Of a DNA stretch of 64,000 nucleotides, positions 48,196-57,198 are shown in pieces. The stretch comes from a virus. A program made the position numbers and the translations under genes. Within the stretch, counting starts at the first letter, position 1. Every line of letters starts with the position of its first letter. The notes under the pieces were generated by a model. That model saw only the letters and a list, made by a program, of their open reading frames with translations, was not told the origin of the DNA and did no database searches. The stretch is taken from the IMG/VR virus record IMGVR_UViG_3300045971_000385, positions 12,718-76,717 of that record; one strand, 5' to 3'.

Positions 48196-48563
48196 AAGTA
48201 AGTGAACGTAAAGAGGGGATGCTTTTAGGACCAAATGAAAAGCATCACCCTAATAAAAATGAATCAAAAGAACTTCGCCGCTTAATGCAGAAGTCAGGTG
48301 AGACAGAAGACCAAGTTCGTGCGAAGAAAGAAAATCGAATCAAATTATCAACCGCGCAGAAACCAAAAGAATCAAATGATGAATCAATTAACAAGAGATA
48401 TAAATTTCTAGTTAAGCGTGCTAAACATCGCATCGCAAAATATTTAAATGTCAATGTTTGGGATGAACAAGTTGAAATCGAAATGAAAGAAAGCAATTCA
48501 TTTAGAGGATCAAAGTACGATAGTTGCTGGTATGAAGCTGGCGGCAATTACAGATACCGTTAA
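48192..48563 (+). CDS. Basic hypothetical protein
   Basis: GAGGA RBS, ATGA coupling. Confidence 0.7.
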   Translation: MKVSERKEGMLLGPNEKHHPNKNESKELRRLMQKSGETEDQVRAKKENRIKLSTAQKPKESNDESINKRYKFLVKRAKHRIAKYLNVNVWDEQVEIEMKESNSFRGSKYDSCWYEAGGNYRYR

Positions 48564-48568
48564 TCCCA

Positions 48569-48598
48569 GTTTACAATTTATTAAACCTGTGATATAAT
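48569..48598 (+). promoter_or_regulatory. Early promoter
   Basis: GTTTAC-N18-TATAAT with TG extension. Confidence 0.85.
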
Positions 48599-48625
48599 TA
48601 TATCTTACAAAGATGAAAGAATAAT

Positions 48626-49714
48626 ATGGACTTCAGAAAACTAGTTACCATCAAAAATATTGATGCTCTTAACCCAATTCCTGATGCAGATGCAATCGAG
48701 GTTGCAACTATTGGCGGCTGGAAAGTTGTTGTTAAGAAGGGTGAATTTAAAGTTGGAGACAAGTGTATCTACTTTGAAATTGATTCTTTTTTGCCGAAGT
48801 CTGATTTGCGTTTCGAATTCTTAATGAATCATGGTGTACGAATGTTCGAGGGAGTTGAAGGACATGTTCTTCGTACTGTTAGACTTCGTGGTCAGATTAG
48901 TCAGGGTCTAGCATTACCAGTTCAAAGTTTTATTGGCGATTTTGCTGGAAGTAAATTTGATGAAGGCCAAGAACTTTGCGAATTTTTCTTCCCAGGAAAT
49001 GATTTAACTGATTTTCTGAATATTAAAAAGTGGGAACCTACTATTCCGCCAAATATGGCTGGACAAGTTAAAGGTGCTTTCCCGAGCTTCATGATTAAAA
49101 CAGATCAAGAACGTTGCCAGAATCTTATTGACGAAATCTTTATCGAAAATAAAGATTCACGTTATGAAGTGTCTATGAAAATGGATGGTGCTTCTGTTAC
49201 TTTCTACACAAAAGGCGGAGAGTCTGGTGTATGTAGCCGAAATCTAGAATTGAAAGTGCATGAAGAAAATAAAGATAATACTTTAATTAAATTATTTGTT
49301 GATTCTGGTTTACAACGATGCTTTGGCGAAATGAGCGACGTAGTTGCGATGGCCATTCAAGGTGAAATGATGGGTCCTGGTATTCAAGGTAACCCAGAAA
49401 AATTCACTAAGCCGCAATTTTTTGTTTTTGATATGCAGAACATTCATTCACTTGAACAGTTAACCTCTGTTGAGAGATCGAGTATTTTAAGCGATCTAGC
49501 AGATCACGGTTGTATTCTGCAACATGTACCTGTTCTTCATCGTGGTGTTACTCTTGCCGATTTAGGTATTACAAACTGCGAAGAGCTGTTAAAGTTCGCA
49601 GAAGGAAAGAGTCTAGTTGGCCCAATCAGAGAAGGATTGGTTTTCAAACGTATGGATGGACAATTTAGCTTCAAAGCTATCAGCAATGAATTTTTAAGAA
49701 AGAAGAAAGACTAA
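48626..49714 (+). CDS. RNA ligase, DRB0094-like family with N-terminal OB domain
   Basis: PIPDADAIE, YFEIDSFLP, LRGQISQG, KTDQER, KMDGAS, QGE, REGLV, FKAISN. Confidence 0.92.
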   Translation: MDFRKLVTIKNIDALNPIPDADAIEVATIGGWKVVVKKGEFKVGDKCIYFEIDSFLPKSDLRFEFLMNHGVRMFEGVEGHVLRTVRLRGQISQGLALPVQSFIGDFAGSKFDEGQELCEFFFPGNDLTDFLNIKKWEPTIPPNMAGQVKGAFPSFMIKTDQERCQNLIDEIFIENKDSRYEVSMKMDGASVTFYTKGGESGVCSRNLELKVHEENKDNTLIKLFVDSGLQRCFGEMSDVVAMAIQGEMMGPGIQGNPEKFTKPQFFVFDMQNIHSLEQLTSVERSSILSDLADHGCILQHVPVLHRGVTLADLGITNCEELLKFAEGKSLVGPIREGLVFKRMDGQFSFKAISNEFLRKKKD

Positions 49715-49715
49715 C

Positions 49716-49835
49716 ATGGACAGTATGAGTAGAAAAGAACGAATACAACTTAAGGCAAAAATAGTATTAACTGTAGGTTCGTTAATTTTGCTCATTTCTG
49801 TCTGTACTTTTGCTATTGTTATGTCAAAAATCTGA
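49716..49835 (+). CDS. Small single-TM peptide (39 aa, not in the ORF track)
   Basis: MDSMSRKERIQLKAKIVLTVGSLILLISVCTFAIVMSKI*. Confidence 0.55.
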   Translation: MDSMSRKERIQLKAKIVLTVGSLILLISVCTFAIVMSKI

Positions 49836-49858
49836 TTTAAACACTGCTAAAATATAGC

Positions 49859-49866
49859 TATAAATA
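49859..49866 (+). promoter_or_regulatory. Late promoter TATAAATA
   Basis: Upstream of 49896 and 50207. Confidence 0.7.
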
Positions 49867-49895
49867 TTTTATGCAAATAGATTATGGTGATATGA

Positions 49896-50207
49896 ATGGC
49901 AGCAATTGAATTTAAATATCAAACAATGTTCACCTGCAGTGTTCCTGCAGGTGTTATTGTTGTGAAGGATTTTAGTGAAATTATTTCGTCAAATGAAAGA
50001 TTATCATCAGACGAAATAGTTCAAACTATTAAACTTTCATTTGAAAATGCTGATATACGAGTAGATGATTTAATCATGTCAGCTGACATGGGGCATTGCG
50101 ACGTGTATATATCAGGAGAAGATTTTTATATTAGAGTAATTATTAGAGTTCGGGCGAGTTTGGTTGTAGGCGATTTAATTTTCAAATTAGATGAGTTGGA
50201 CATTTAA
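49896..50207 (+). CDS. Hypothetical protein
   Basis: TAATG-coupled to the next gene. Confidence 0.65.
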   Translation: MAAIEFKYQTMFTCSVPAGVIVVKDFSEIISSNERLSSDEIVQTIKLSFENADIRVDDLIMSADMGHCDVYISGEDFYIRVIIRVRASLVVGDLIFKLDELDI

Positions 50208-51568
50208 TGCTCGATATTATTTTCATAAGTTATGATGAGGCGAATGCCGATAAAAATTTTGCTACATTACGAAACCGATTTCCGTATGCGAAAAGAGTTC
50301 ATGGAGTAAAGGGCATTGCAAATGCGCATCTAGCCGCATCAAAGAAAGCTAATACTAAATTTTTCTATGTCGTTGATGGAGACTCAGAAGTATTAAGTAC
50401 ATTTGATTTTTCATTTAAGCCAGAAGTATGGGATGAAAATTATGTACATATTTGGCACGCATTTAATCCAGCTATTGGTATAGATTATGGTTATGGTGGT
50501 ATAAAACTATTCAATAAATCATTCTTTAAAAATATAGATATCAATAATCTAGACTTCTCTACAACACTCACGAGTGATATAAAAATCATTGATGAGATAG
50601 CAAGCATAACTAACTTCAATTCAGATTCGCTTAGAGCTTTTAGAGGGGCTTTTAGAGAAGCAGTAAAATTAACCCTAACTATTGAAAATAAAAACAAGTC
50701 TAAATCAGAAATAGCTGAGGCAAAAGAGAGATTAAAATGCTGGCAAAAACCCAAACATGATTGTAGATTTGAAAAGCTAATTATATCGGGCGTGTATCAT
50801 GGTATAAAAGCTGCATCCAAATCTAATAAAAGTTTTGCCGACGTAATGTACATTAATAATATGGAATCTTTTAATTCCATTATTAGAGAATATCATGCAA
50901 ATGTTTTCGATGATACACTCGACCCAACACCAAGAGAAGGTAATCCTATGAAGCACGAATTTTTCTTTACTGCCAGAATAGCAGGAATTCTTTATGATCC
51001 GTATGTTAAAGAACATTTACCACTTAGCGAATTAAGAGATGCAATTTCTGATGGACAGTTATTAAGTAAAAATTGGCTAGTAGAAATATTAGTGGATCTT
51101 TTAGATAAGAAAACAATAAAACTATCCGAAGGAAAGGAATTAAAAGTTGCTATTCTTGGAGGTTGGCTGGGCACTCTGGCTCTAATGATTAATGTTAGAG
51201 AGCTGCCATTTAAAGTTACAAGTATAGACTTAGATGGAAGAGCAAATACAATCGCAGAAAAATTAAACTACGATTTTAATTTCAATACCTCTAATGAAGA
51301 TATGTATAATGTAGATTATAGCAAGTATGATATTATTATCAATACAGCATCGGAGCATATCCCTAGTATATCAGAATGGAGATCATTAATACCAGATGGT
51401 AAAATTATTATTGTCCAAAATAACAATTTTCTTGAAGGTGAAGGACATATCTCAAATGTAGAAAACTCTGCTCAACTTGGTGAGCTTTTAAACTTGAGAG
51501 AATTACTTTATGAAGGTACGAGAAGATTTAAACAGTACGATAGATATATGCTGATTGGTAGAACCTAG
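50207..51568 (+). CDS. Fusion of a GT-A-like domain (paralog of 37767) and a class I SAM methyltransferase
   Basis: ISYDE, HGVKGIANAH, VVDGD, YGYGGIK, AFRGAFREAVK; then ILGGWLG, SIDLD, IINTASEH. Confidence 0.7.
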   Translation: MLDIIFISYDEANADKNFATLRNRFPYAKRVHGVKGIANAHLAASKKANTKFFYVVDGDSEVLSTFDFSFKPEVWDENYVHIWHAFNPAIGIDYGYGGIKLFNKSFFKNIDINNLDFSTTLTSDIKIIDEIASITNFNSDSLRAFRGAFREAVKLTLTIENKNKSKSEIAEAKERLKCWQKPKHDCRFEKLIISGVYHGIKAASKSNKSFADVMYINNMESFNSIIREYHANVFDDTLDPTPREGNPMKHEFFFTARIAGILYDPYVKEHLPLSELRDAISDGQLLSKNWLVEILVDLLDKKTIKLSEGKELKVAILGGWLGTLALMINVRELPFKVTSIDLDGRANTIAEKLNYDFNFNTSNEDMYNVDYSKYDIIINTASEHIPSISEWRSLIPDGKIIIVQNNNFLEGEGHISNVENSAQLGELLNLRELLYEGTRRFKQYDRYMLIGRT

Positions 51569-51597
51569 TTTACTTTGTCTTCCTGATGTTATATAAT
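51568..51597 (+). promoter_or_regulatory. Early promoter
   Basis: GTTTAC-N18-TATAAT. Confidence 0.8.
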
Positions 51598-51620
51598 ATC
51601 TTATAACCTAGGAGCATCAA

Positions 51621-52094
51621 ATGGAACTACGTCTTTATTCTTTTGTCAATTATTATCTTTCGAGTATCCAACAAGGCATTCAAACAGGTCATGTTGCTGT
51701 TGATCTAGTTAGAAAATATACTAAAGATGATTCACACCCAATTCATCAAATCGATTTCGTAGAAGATTGGGCTGATAATCATAAAACATTCATTACCTTA
51801 AATGGTGGTAATAATGATGGTATCCGGGAAGCTTCAGAAATTGTAGTTCGTTCTGGTTTGCCATTTGCTTTCTTCCGTGAAGATGAGCAATCGCTTGGTG
51901 GAATACTTACTAGTTGTGCAGTAATTGTCCCTGATTATATCTTCAATGCCAAGTTTGACAAAGAGGCATCAGCAACTTGGAAAGATACTTATTATGTTTA
52001 TGATAATGGCGATTCACGTCTGATTAGTTATAGTCCGATTCATCCATCATATGAGATAATTCATTTGCTTAGAAATTCAAGGTTGGCATCATGA
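51621..52094 (+). CDS. Peptidyl-tRNA hydrolase 2 (PTH2)-like protein
   Basis: LSSIQQGIQTGH, W..NHKTFITLNGG, FRED..L.GILTS. Confidence 0.55.
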   Translation: MELRLYSFVNYYLSSIQQGIQTGHVAVDLVRKYTKDDSHPIHQIDFVEDWADNHKTFITLNGGNNDGIREASEIVVRSGLPFAFFREDEQSLGGILTSCAVIVPDYIFNAKFDKEASATWKDTYYVYDNGDSRLISYSPIHPSYEIIHLLRNSRLAS

Positions 52095-52558
52095 TTAAGA
52101 AACTAATTAATTGGTCGCTAGAACATGATGTTATGTTTAAATTTTTAATCGTGCAATTAATTGTTGCTTTATTAGCATTTGGGTATTATGCTTTCAATCA
52201 CAAGCCCACAGAAAATATTCCGGTAGAAAACAATTCACGACAAGATATAGCAACAGATATAGTACTTGACGCTGTCGCTAGAGCTCATCAAGGAGCTAAA
52301 AAAATCTGCTTCAATGAATGGTTTTTTAAGTCTAATATTAAAACTGCACAATTTTATTTGTATTATCCTATACTTTTGTCAGGTGAAAAAGATCCAGAAG
52401 GACAAGAATATTTTCATGGATGGTATTATTTCGAAGTTAAAGAACATGAATTTTATGAATCAAATAATAATACTAGATTCATAACAGATTACCCAAATGA
52501 TAGGTATGTTAAAATTTATCCAAAAACGGAAGGGTTACTTTGCAAGGAGCAAACATGA
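52091..52558 (+). CDS. Membrane-anchored hypothetical protein
   Basis: N-terminal TM FLIVQLIVALLAFGYYAF. Confidence 0.7.
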   Translation: MIKKLINWSLEHDVMFKFLIVQLIVALLAFGYYAFNHKPTENIPVENNSRQDIATDIVLDAVARAHQGAKKICFNEWFFKSNIKTAQFYLYYPILLSGEKDPEGQEYFHGWYYFEVKEHEFYESNNNTRFITDYPNDRYVKIYPKTEGLLCKEQT

Positions 52559-53148
52559 CATATATAGTTGGATTATTCGGTACACATGGCACCGGAAAAA
52601 GTACAGTTTTAAAAGGAGCACGTTGGGCTGGCGTTAATATTCAAGACGTTTCCTTATCACGAGCTGCACAAGCTGCTTTAGGATGGACTGAATTATCTGA
52701 AGCTGAAAAGTCTGTAGAAAATATGTGGGCACTTCAAGATGCTATTCTTGCTGCCATGTATGATAGGGATACAGAGATAAATAAATCTCAGATACTTACT
52801 CTAGTTGAAAGAACTCCTGCGGATATGTGGGCATACACTGAAATGTGGTGCAAGAGATTAGGTATTGATTTCGTAAATGATAGACGAGCCATCAGTTATA
52901 AAAATCAATGTCGTGTGTTAGCATCAAATTATAGACTGTTTATTCAAGTCCCAATGACAGAAGAAGTTGCATTTGTTGCTGAGCCTAATAGAGCAGATCT
53001 AGCATCAAGAGTAGATGCAGAAATAGCTATGCAGGAATTTGTATTATCAGGTGGTTTAACAATGTACCGATTGGGAACTACAGGCAAGAATAATCGGGTA
53101 AATGAAGCAGTAATGGCAATCGTACAGGCAAATAATTATAATGACTAA
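52555..53148 (+). CDS. P-loop nucleotide-kinase-like protein (start revised from 52540)
   Basis: GTHGTGKST, VERTPAD; AGGAG RBS. Confidence 0.75.
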   Translation: MTYIVGLFGTHGTGKSTVLKGARWAGVNIQDVSLSRAAQAALGWTELSEAEKSVENMWALQDAILAAMYDRDTEINKSQILTLVERTPADMWAYTEMWCKRLGIDFVNDRRAISYKNQCRVLASNYRLFIQVPMTEEVAFVAEPNRADLASRVDAEIAMQEFVLSGGLTMYRLGTTGKNNRVNEAVMAIVQANNYND

Positions 53149-53773
53149 GAAAATCACAAAACAAATAACTCCATCATTTGGCTTATGCCTTGATTGGGAA
53201 ACTTCTGGTGCTCTATGGGGTGGCGATTCTACTAAGGATTTCCAAGGTATCTCTTTTGGTGCAATTATATTCGACACGGCAACATTCGACCCAGTTGAAA
53301 AATTATATCAAGAGATCAAATTTGATTCTTCTAAGTATAAGTGGAATGATAGTGCAGAAGCGATTCATGGACTCTCTCGTGAATACTTGGAAGCTAATGG
53401 CGTAAGTCAGATTGATGCGGCTACTGCTTTAGCAGAACTTATTCTGAAATACTTTGGCGATACTAAAGTTATGTTCCTCGGACATAATACAGAATTTGAT
53501 AGACGATTCACTAATCAGTTAATGAATGCTATTGAGATTGAATTCTCTGTAGAGAAGCAGACGGTATTCGATAGCTGGATTCAACTTCACCACGTTGTTC
53601 TCGACACCTCATCTACGGGCTTTATTGCTTTAGGCCTATTTAAATCTGATCTTTTGTTTGGAAAAATTGGATTTGAAGATCGTGGAGCACATAATGCTTT
53701 AGCCGATGCAGAACAAACATTGGGCACATGTAAGGCTATCCGTGAAATGATGAAAATTGCAATGGGTGAATGA
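53141..53773 (+). CDS. DEDDh 3'-5' exonuclease
   Basis: LDWETSG, GHNTEFD, LDT, HNALAD. Confidence 0.9.
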   Translation: MTKKITKQITPSFGLCLDWETSGALWGGDSTKDFQGISFGAIIFDTATFDPVEKLYQEIKFDSSKYKWNDSAEAIHGLSREYLEANGVSQIDAATALAELILKYFGDTKVMFLGHNTEFDRRFTNQLMNAIEIEFSVEKQTVFDSWIQLHHVVLDTSSTGFIALGLFKSDLLFGKIGFEDRGAHNALADAEQTLGTCKAIREMMKIAMGE

Positions 53774-53988
53774 TGTTTAATTATTTGTGGGGAGCAGTTT
53801 CTCCTAATGATCCTAATAGAAATTATCCTCTTAGATATCATACAGAAGAACAAGCCAAATCTCATGCTGATACTATGACGAAACTCGTAGAAGATACATG
53901 GGATGAAAATCCTAACAATCTGTGGAATAAAGAATACTGGAAAGTAAAACCTCTTCCATGGATCTATTTTAAATTGGATAAGCAATGA
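53770..53988 (+). CDS. Hypothetical protein
   Basis: ATGA coupling. Confidence 0.6.
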   Translation: MMFNYLWGAVSPNDPNRNYPLRYHTEEQAKSHADTMTKLVEDTWDENPNNLWNKEYWKVKPLPWIYFKLDKQ

Positions 53989-54197
53989 CAGATCAAACCT
54001 ACGTATTTGAATCAGTAGAAGTTAAAAAGACTGGTAGGACAGCTAAACGAGAAATGAAACTTCCTAATGGTAAAGTACATAATACTTCTACAATGGTAGA
54101 AATTACACCAGTTGATACAGAATTAGGCTGGAAGAAATGGGTGGATGCTGCTCATTTATTTGTAGTTGAAATAAAGGATGAAAATGAAGTCAACTAA
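53985..54197 (+). CDS. Hypothetical phage protein
   Basis: EVKKTGRTA..VEITP..WKKWV. Confidence 0.7.
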   Translation: MTDQTYVFESVEVKKTGRTAKREMKLPNGKVHNTSTMVEITPVDTELGWKKWVDAAHLFVVEIKDENEVN

Positions 54198-54429
54198 ATA
54201 CTATCAAGTAACAAACTTTCAATTATTTGTTATGTCTATTTTAATAGGCATTATCGCTGGAGCACTAATCACAATAAATACATCAGTACAGGAGTATCTA
54301 CAACTTCCACTGATAACACTATCTGCCGATGGTAAATGTGCCATTGTTGCAAATTTTAAAAATGGTGAAGCTTTCACATGTAGTGACGTAGATGTAATCC
54401 TTAGAAAATATAGGACTAAGAAAAACTAA
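54178..54429 (+). CDS. Membrane-anchored hypothetical protein
   Basis: N-terminal TM, two Cys. Confidence 0.65.
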   Translation: MKMKSTKYYQVTNFQLFVMSILIGIIAGALITINTSVQEYLQLPLITLSADGKCAIVANFKNGEAFTCSDVDVILRKYRTKKN

Positions 54430-55583
54430 TGTCAAACTACACTACATATCAATGTACAATTTGTCGAAGAAGTAAAGATTTCGTAACAGATAATACACGC
54501 GCTATGCCAAATGGGTGCAGCATCACAAAGGGATGCGATGGTAGGATGTTCATTATAGGCTCTAAAGATATTCAGGATGCAGTGACACCGGTTGCAGGAT
54601 TAACAGATTGGTATCCTAGAGGCCAAAAGATTGTAGTGACTCCAATCCCTGTAGCAAATGAAACTATATCTTTAGCCTGCAATAATAGTGGTGCTATAAC
54701 AATTGCAATTAAAATGTCTGTGGCTGAAGCTAATGCTAATAGCATATTAAAAATGAAACTTATTCAAACTAGAGTTGAAAATGTTTCATCACAGACGTTT
54801 TTATACAAAATTATAACATCAACAGTCTTGATTACTGGAAAAGATTCTACTGGTAAAATTTTAAGATTTAATCAATTAGCAATAGATGAAGGAAGAGTAT
54901 TTGTTCGGGTGGATGGTGTACTTAGAAATATGGGTGCAAGTTCAACTGAATATTCTTTAACACCCAATTCAATAAATTTCAATACTGCTTTGAACATTGG
55001 ATCAATAGTCGATGTAGCTGTATATTCAGAAAAGGGAACTATTGACCGAGTTCTTACATTTACCCAGCATGATGCAAACATTGATAATAATTATGGTGCT
55101 TGGGGTAATATTAGATATCTAGAAGAATATAATTCTTCTATGAATTTAAGTATTGATAAATGGTGGATTTATACTTGCTCAGAAATCAATTCGATAAATT
55201 ATTCATCTTCAATACGATTAGATGGAATTTTTGAAATAGATGAGACTACTCCATTTAGGATTGATGATGCGCTTAATAGTGTTAGATTTTTAATCTCAGC
55301 ACCCGCACATGAAAATACTGACAGATATTTAAATTTTTATATTGACTGTATAGATTTGCACAATGAATTTTTAATCACATCTGTATTTGAAAATATTAAT
55401 ACTTTATATGCTGATGGGAAATCATTGAGAGAACTTTTTCCAACTTTCCAAATCATAGATAATTTAGTACCTTCACTATCCGCATATCTAAAAGCAGATG
55501 TTTTTATCCCATCTACTTCACAGATTCAAACGGATTCACCAGCAATTTTACTATCAGGAAATAAGACTATAGGACCTATATGA
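54429..55583 (+). CDS. Hypothetical protein with N-terminal Zn-finger-like Cys cluster
   Basis: YQCTICRR...CSITKGCDG. Confidence 0.7.
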   Translation: MSNYTTYQCTICRRSKDFVTDNTRAMPNGCSITKGCDGRMFIIGSKDIQDAVTPVAGLTDWYPRGQKIVVTPIPVANETISLACNNSGAITIAIKMSVAEANANSILKMKLIQTRVENVSSQTFLYKIITSTVLITGKDSTGKILRFNQLAIDEGRVFVRVDGVLRNMGASSTEYSLTPNSINFNTALNIGSIVDVAVYSEKGTIDRVLTFTQHDANIDNNYGAWGNIRYLEEYNSSMNLSIDKWWIYTCSEINSINYSSSIRLDGIFEIDETTPFRIDDALNSVRFLISAPAHENTDRYLNFYIDCIDLHNEFLITSVFENINTLYADGKSLRELFPTFQIIDNLVPSLSAYLKADVFIPSTSQIQTDSPAILLSGNKTIGPI

Positions 55584-56113
55584 TTGCCAATACTGTATTT
55601 GATAGTTTTTACATTGCTGAGTTTGAGGGCGAAGCTATAAAAGATTTCATATGTGGTGATTTTGATATAGCTCAAATTGCATTTGCTTCAGCACCGTTTT
55701 CTTCTGATTTAGCAGCTTCAATAGCTTTAGATTCGTTCATCAATGATGTTGCACTTAATATAGATGGTGATTATCATGCAGATGTCAAGATGGATTATAA
55801 TCCAGTATTCTTTCCGACTATTAAACAGAAAGAATTAACATTAGAAGAAGAGTTAGATCTAGAAACTCTCCAAGAAGAAGCAGATAAATCTTCTGATCCT
55901 CAGCATATAGCAGTTATCTTAACACGTTTATTTGATCCTATGGGTGATTTTATTGAGTCACGAATAACTATCACTGCCGAAAATTTTAAAATGATTGGGA
56001 AAATAGGAGTGAATCCTGATGAGTTTTTAGCAAGCCTTGGCGAAATTAAAAAAGAGGAAATGAATATGTTTATATCTGCCAGGCCACCATGTTTAACTAT
56101 GGGGATTCACTAA
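55580..56113 (+). CDS. Acidic hypothetical protein
   Basis: ATGA coupling. Confidence 0.65.
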   Translation: MIANTVFDSFYIAEFEGEAIKDFICGDFDIAQIAFASAPFSSDLAASIALDSFINDVALNIDGDYHADVKMDYNPVFFPTIKQKELTLEEELDLETLQEEADKSSDPQHIAVILTRLFDPMGDFIESRITITAENFKMIGKIGVNPDEFLASLGEIKKEEMNMFISARPPCLTMGIH

Positions 56114-56542
56114 ATGGATATCATATATGCGGTTAATTATCTGGTAAAAATTGACGAAACTTCTGCATTTTTTAATTCGGGATTTTTTGAAGATCATACG
56201 AAAAATTGCAACGAGATGATTATTACATCAAAACCGTTTTATGATTTTGAAGCTTGTAAAAATTCTCTTACTAAATTAATGGTAGAACTAAGCTCAAAAG
56301 AATCCCAATCGACGGGTAAAAATCACGTCATCGTTAGTAAAATTAATCCTAGAATTAAAACAACTCAAGTAAATGTTGAGGATAAAGATGTGTGGGATAA
56401 ATCTACACTAGCAAAAGTTTACGCAGCAGATGCTGATCAACTTAAAGAATCAAAGCTAGTTGCCTGCATTGTAGGTCACATCACCATCAATCACAGAATC
56501 ACAAATGAACTAAACAAAGAAAAAGTAATCGTATTACAATAA
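56114..56542 (+). CDS. Hypothetical protein
   Basis: Adjacent operon ORF. Confidence 0.65.
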   Translation: MDIIYAVNYLVKIDETSAFFNSGFFEDHTKNCNEMIITSKPFYDFEACKNSLTKLMVELSSKESQSTGKNHVIVSKINPRIKTTQVNVEDKDVWDKSTLAKVYAADADQLKESKLVACIVGHITINHRITNELNKEKVIVLQ

Positions 56543-56550
56543 CTGATTCA

Positions 56551-56580
56551 AGTTTCATATTAACGTAGTTATGATATAAT
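56551..56580 (+). promoter_or_regulatory. Promoter with extended -10 and weaker -35, heading the replication operon
   Basis: AGTTTC-N18-TATAAT with TG extension. Confidence 0.65.
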
Positions 56581-56623
56581 ATCATAGTAGCATATCCATC
56601 CTTAAAAATATCGGAGAAATAAA

Positions 56624-56980
56624 ATGGCAAAAAACCAAATGGTTGTACCTGGCGGCAAAAAACAATTTGTAGATATCGCAACGCTATTAGCTAATAAAGC
56701 TGATCGTGCAAAATTGCAAAACTATATCGACGAAGTAGTTCGATGCAAAACAAAGATTTTAGATCAAAATGAATCTATTAAAACTTTACGAGATGCGGCA
56801 GTTGAAGAATTGGGTATCCAACCTAAAATGTTTAGTTCACTTGTAAGTCTATTCTTCAATAATAATTTTGAAGAAAAATTAGATGAGCTTACCCGTCTTG
56901 AAAATGCAATTACTGCATTGATGCAGACAGGACCGGTCTTATCGATGAACAACCAAAAAGCAGATAACGAAGAAGAATAA
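56624..56980 (+). CDS. dsbA: T4 DsbA-like dsDNA-binding protein
   Basis: KI...NE.IK..R..A..ELG...KMF..L..L pattern as recalled for T4 DsbA. Confidence 0.75.
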   Translation: MAKNQMVVPGGKKQFVDIATLLANKADRAKLQNYIDEVVRCKTKILDQNESIKTLRDAAVEELGIQPKMFSSLVSLFFNNNFEEKLDELTRLENAITALMQTGPVLSMNNQKADNEEE

Positions 56981-56982
56981 TT

Positions 56983-57198
56983 ATGTCTAAGAAGCTAATC
57001 TTTACAGTGGAATTTACCATTGATGATGCAAATATTTCAAGTGAAGACTTAGCTACTAGAGGCCTTGAAATCAAAAGCGAGATTGAATCCGTATTAGTTA
57101 GTAATAAAATGTCTACAGAGATGTGGAGATACGGAACGTTTCAAGATGCAGAAGTTGTTGGAATGGAATTAAAGGAAAAATATGACACAAGACAATAA
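56983..57198 (+). CDS. Hypothetical protein
   Basis: Operon ORF. Confidence 0.6.
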   Translation: MSKKLIFTVEFTIDDANISSEDLATRGLEIKSEIESVLVSNKMSTEMWRYGTFQDAEVVGMELKEKYDTRQ

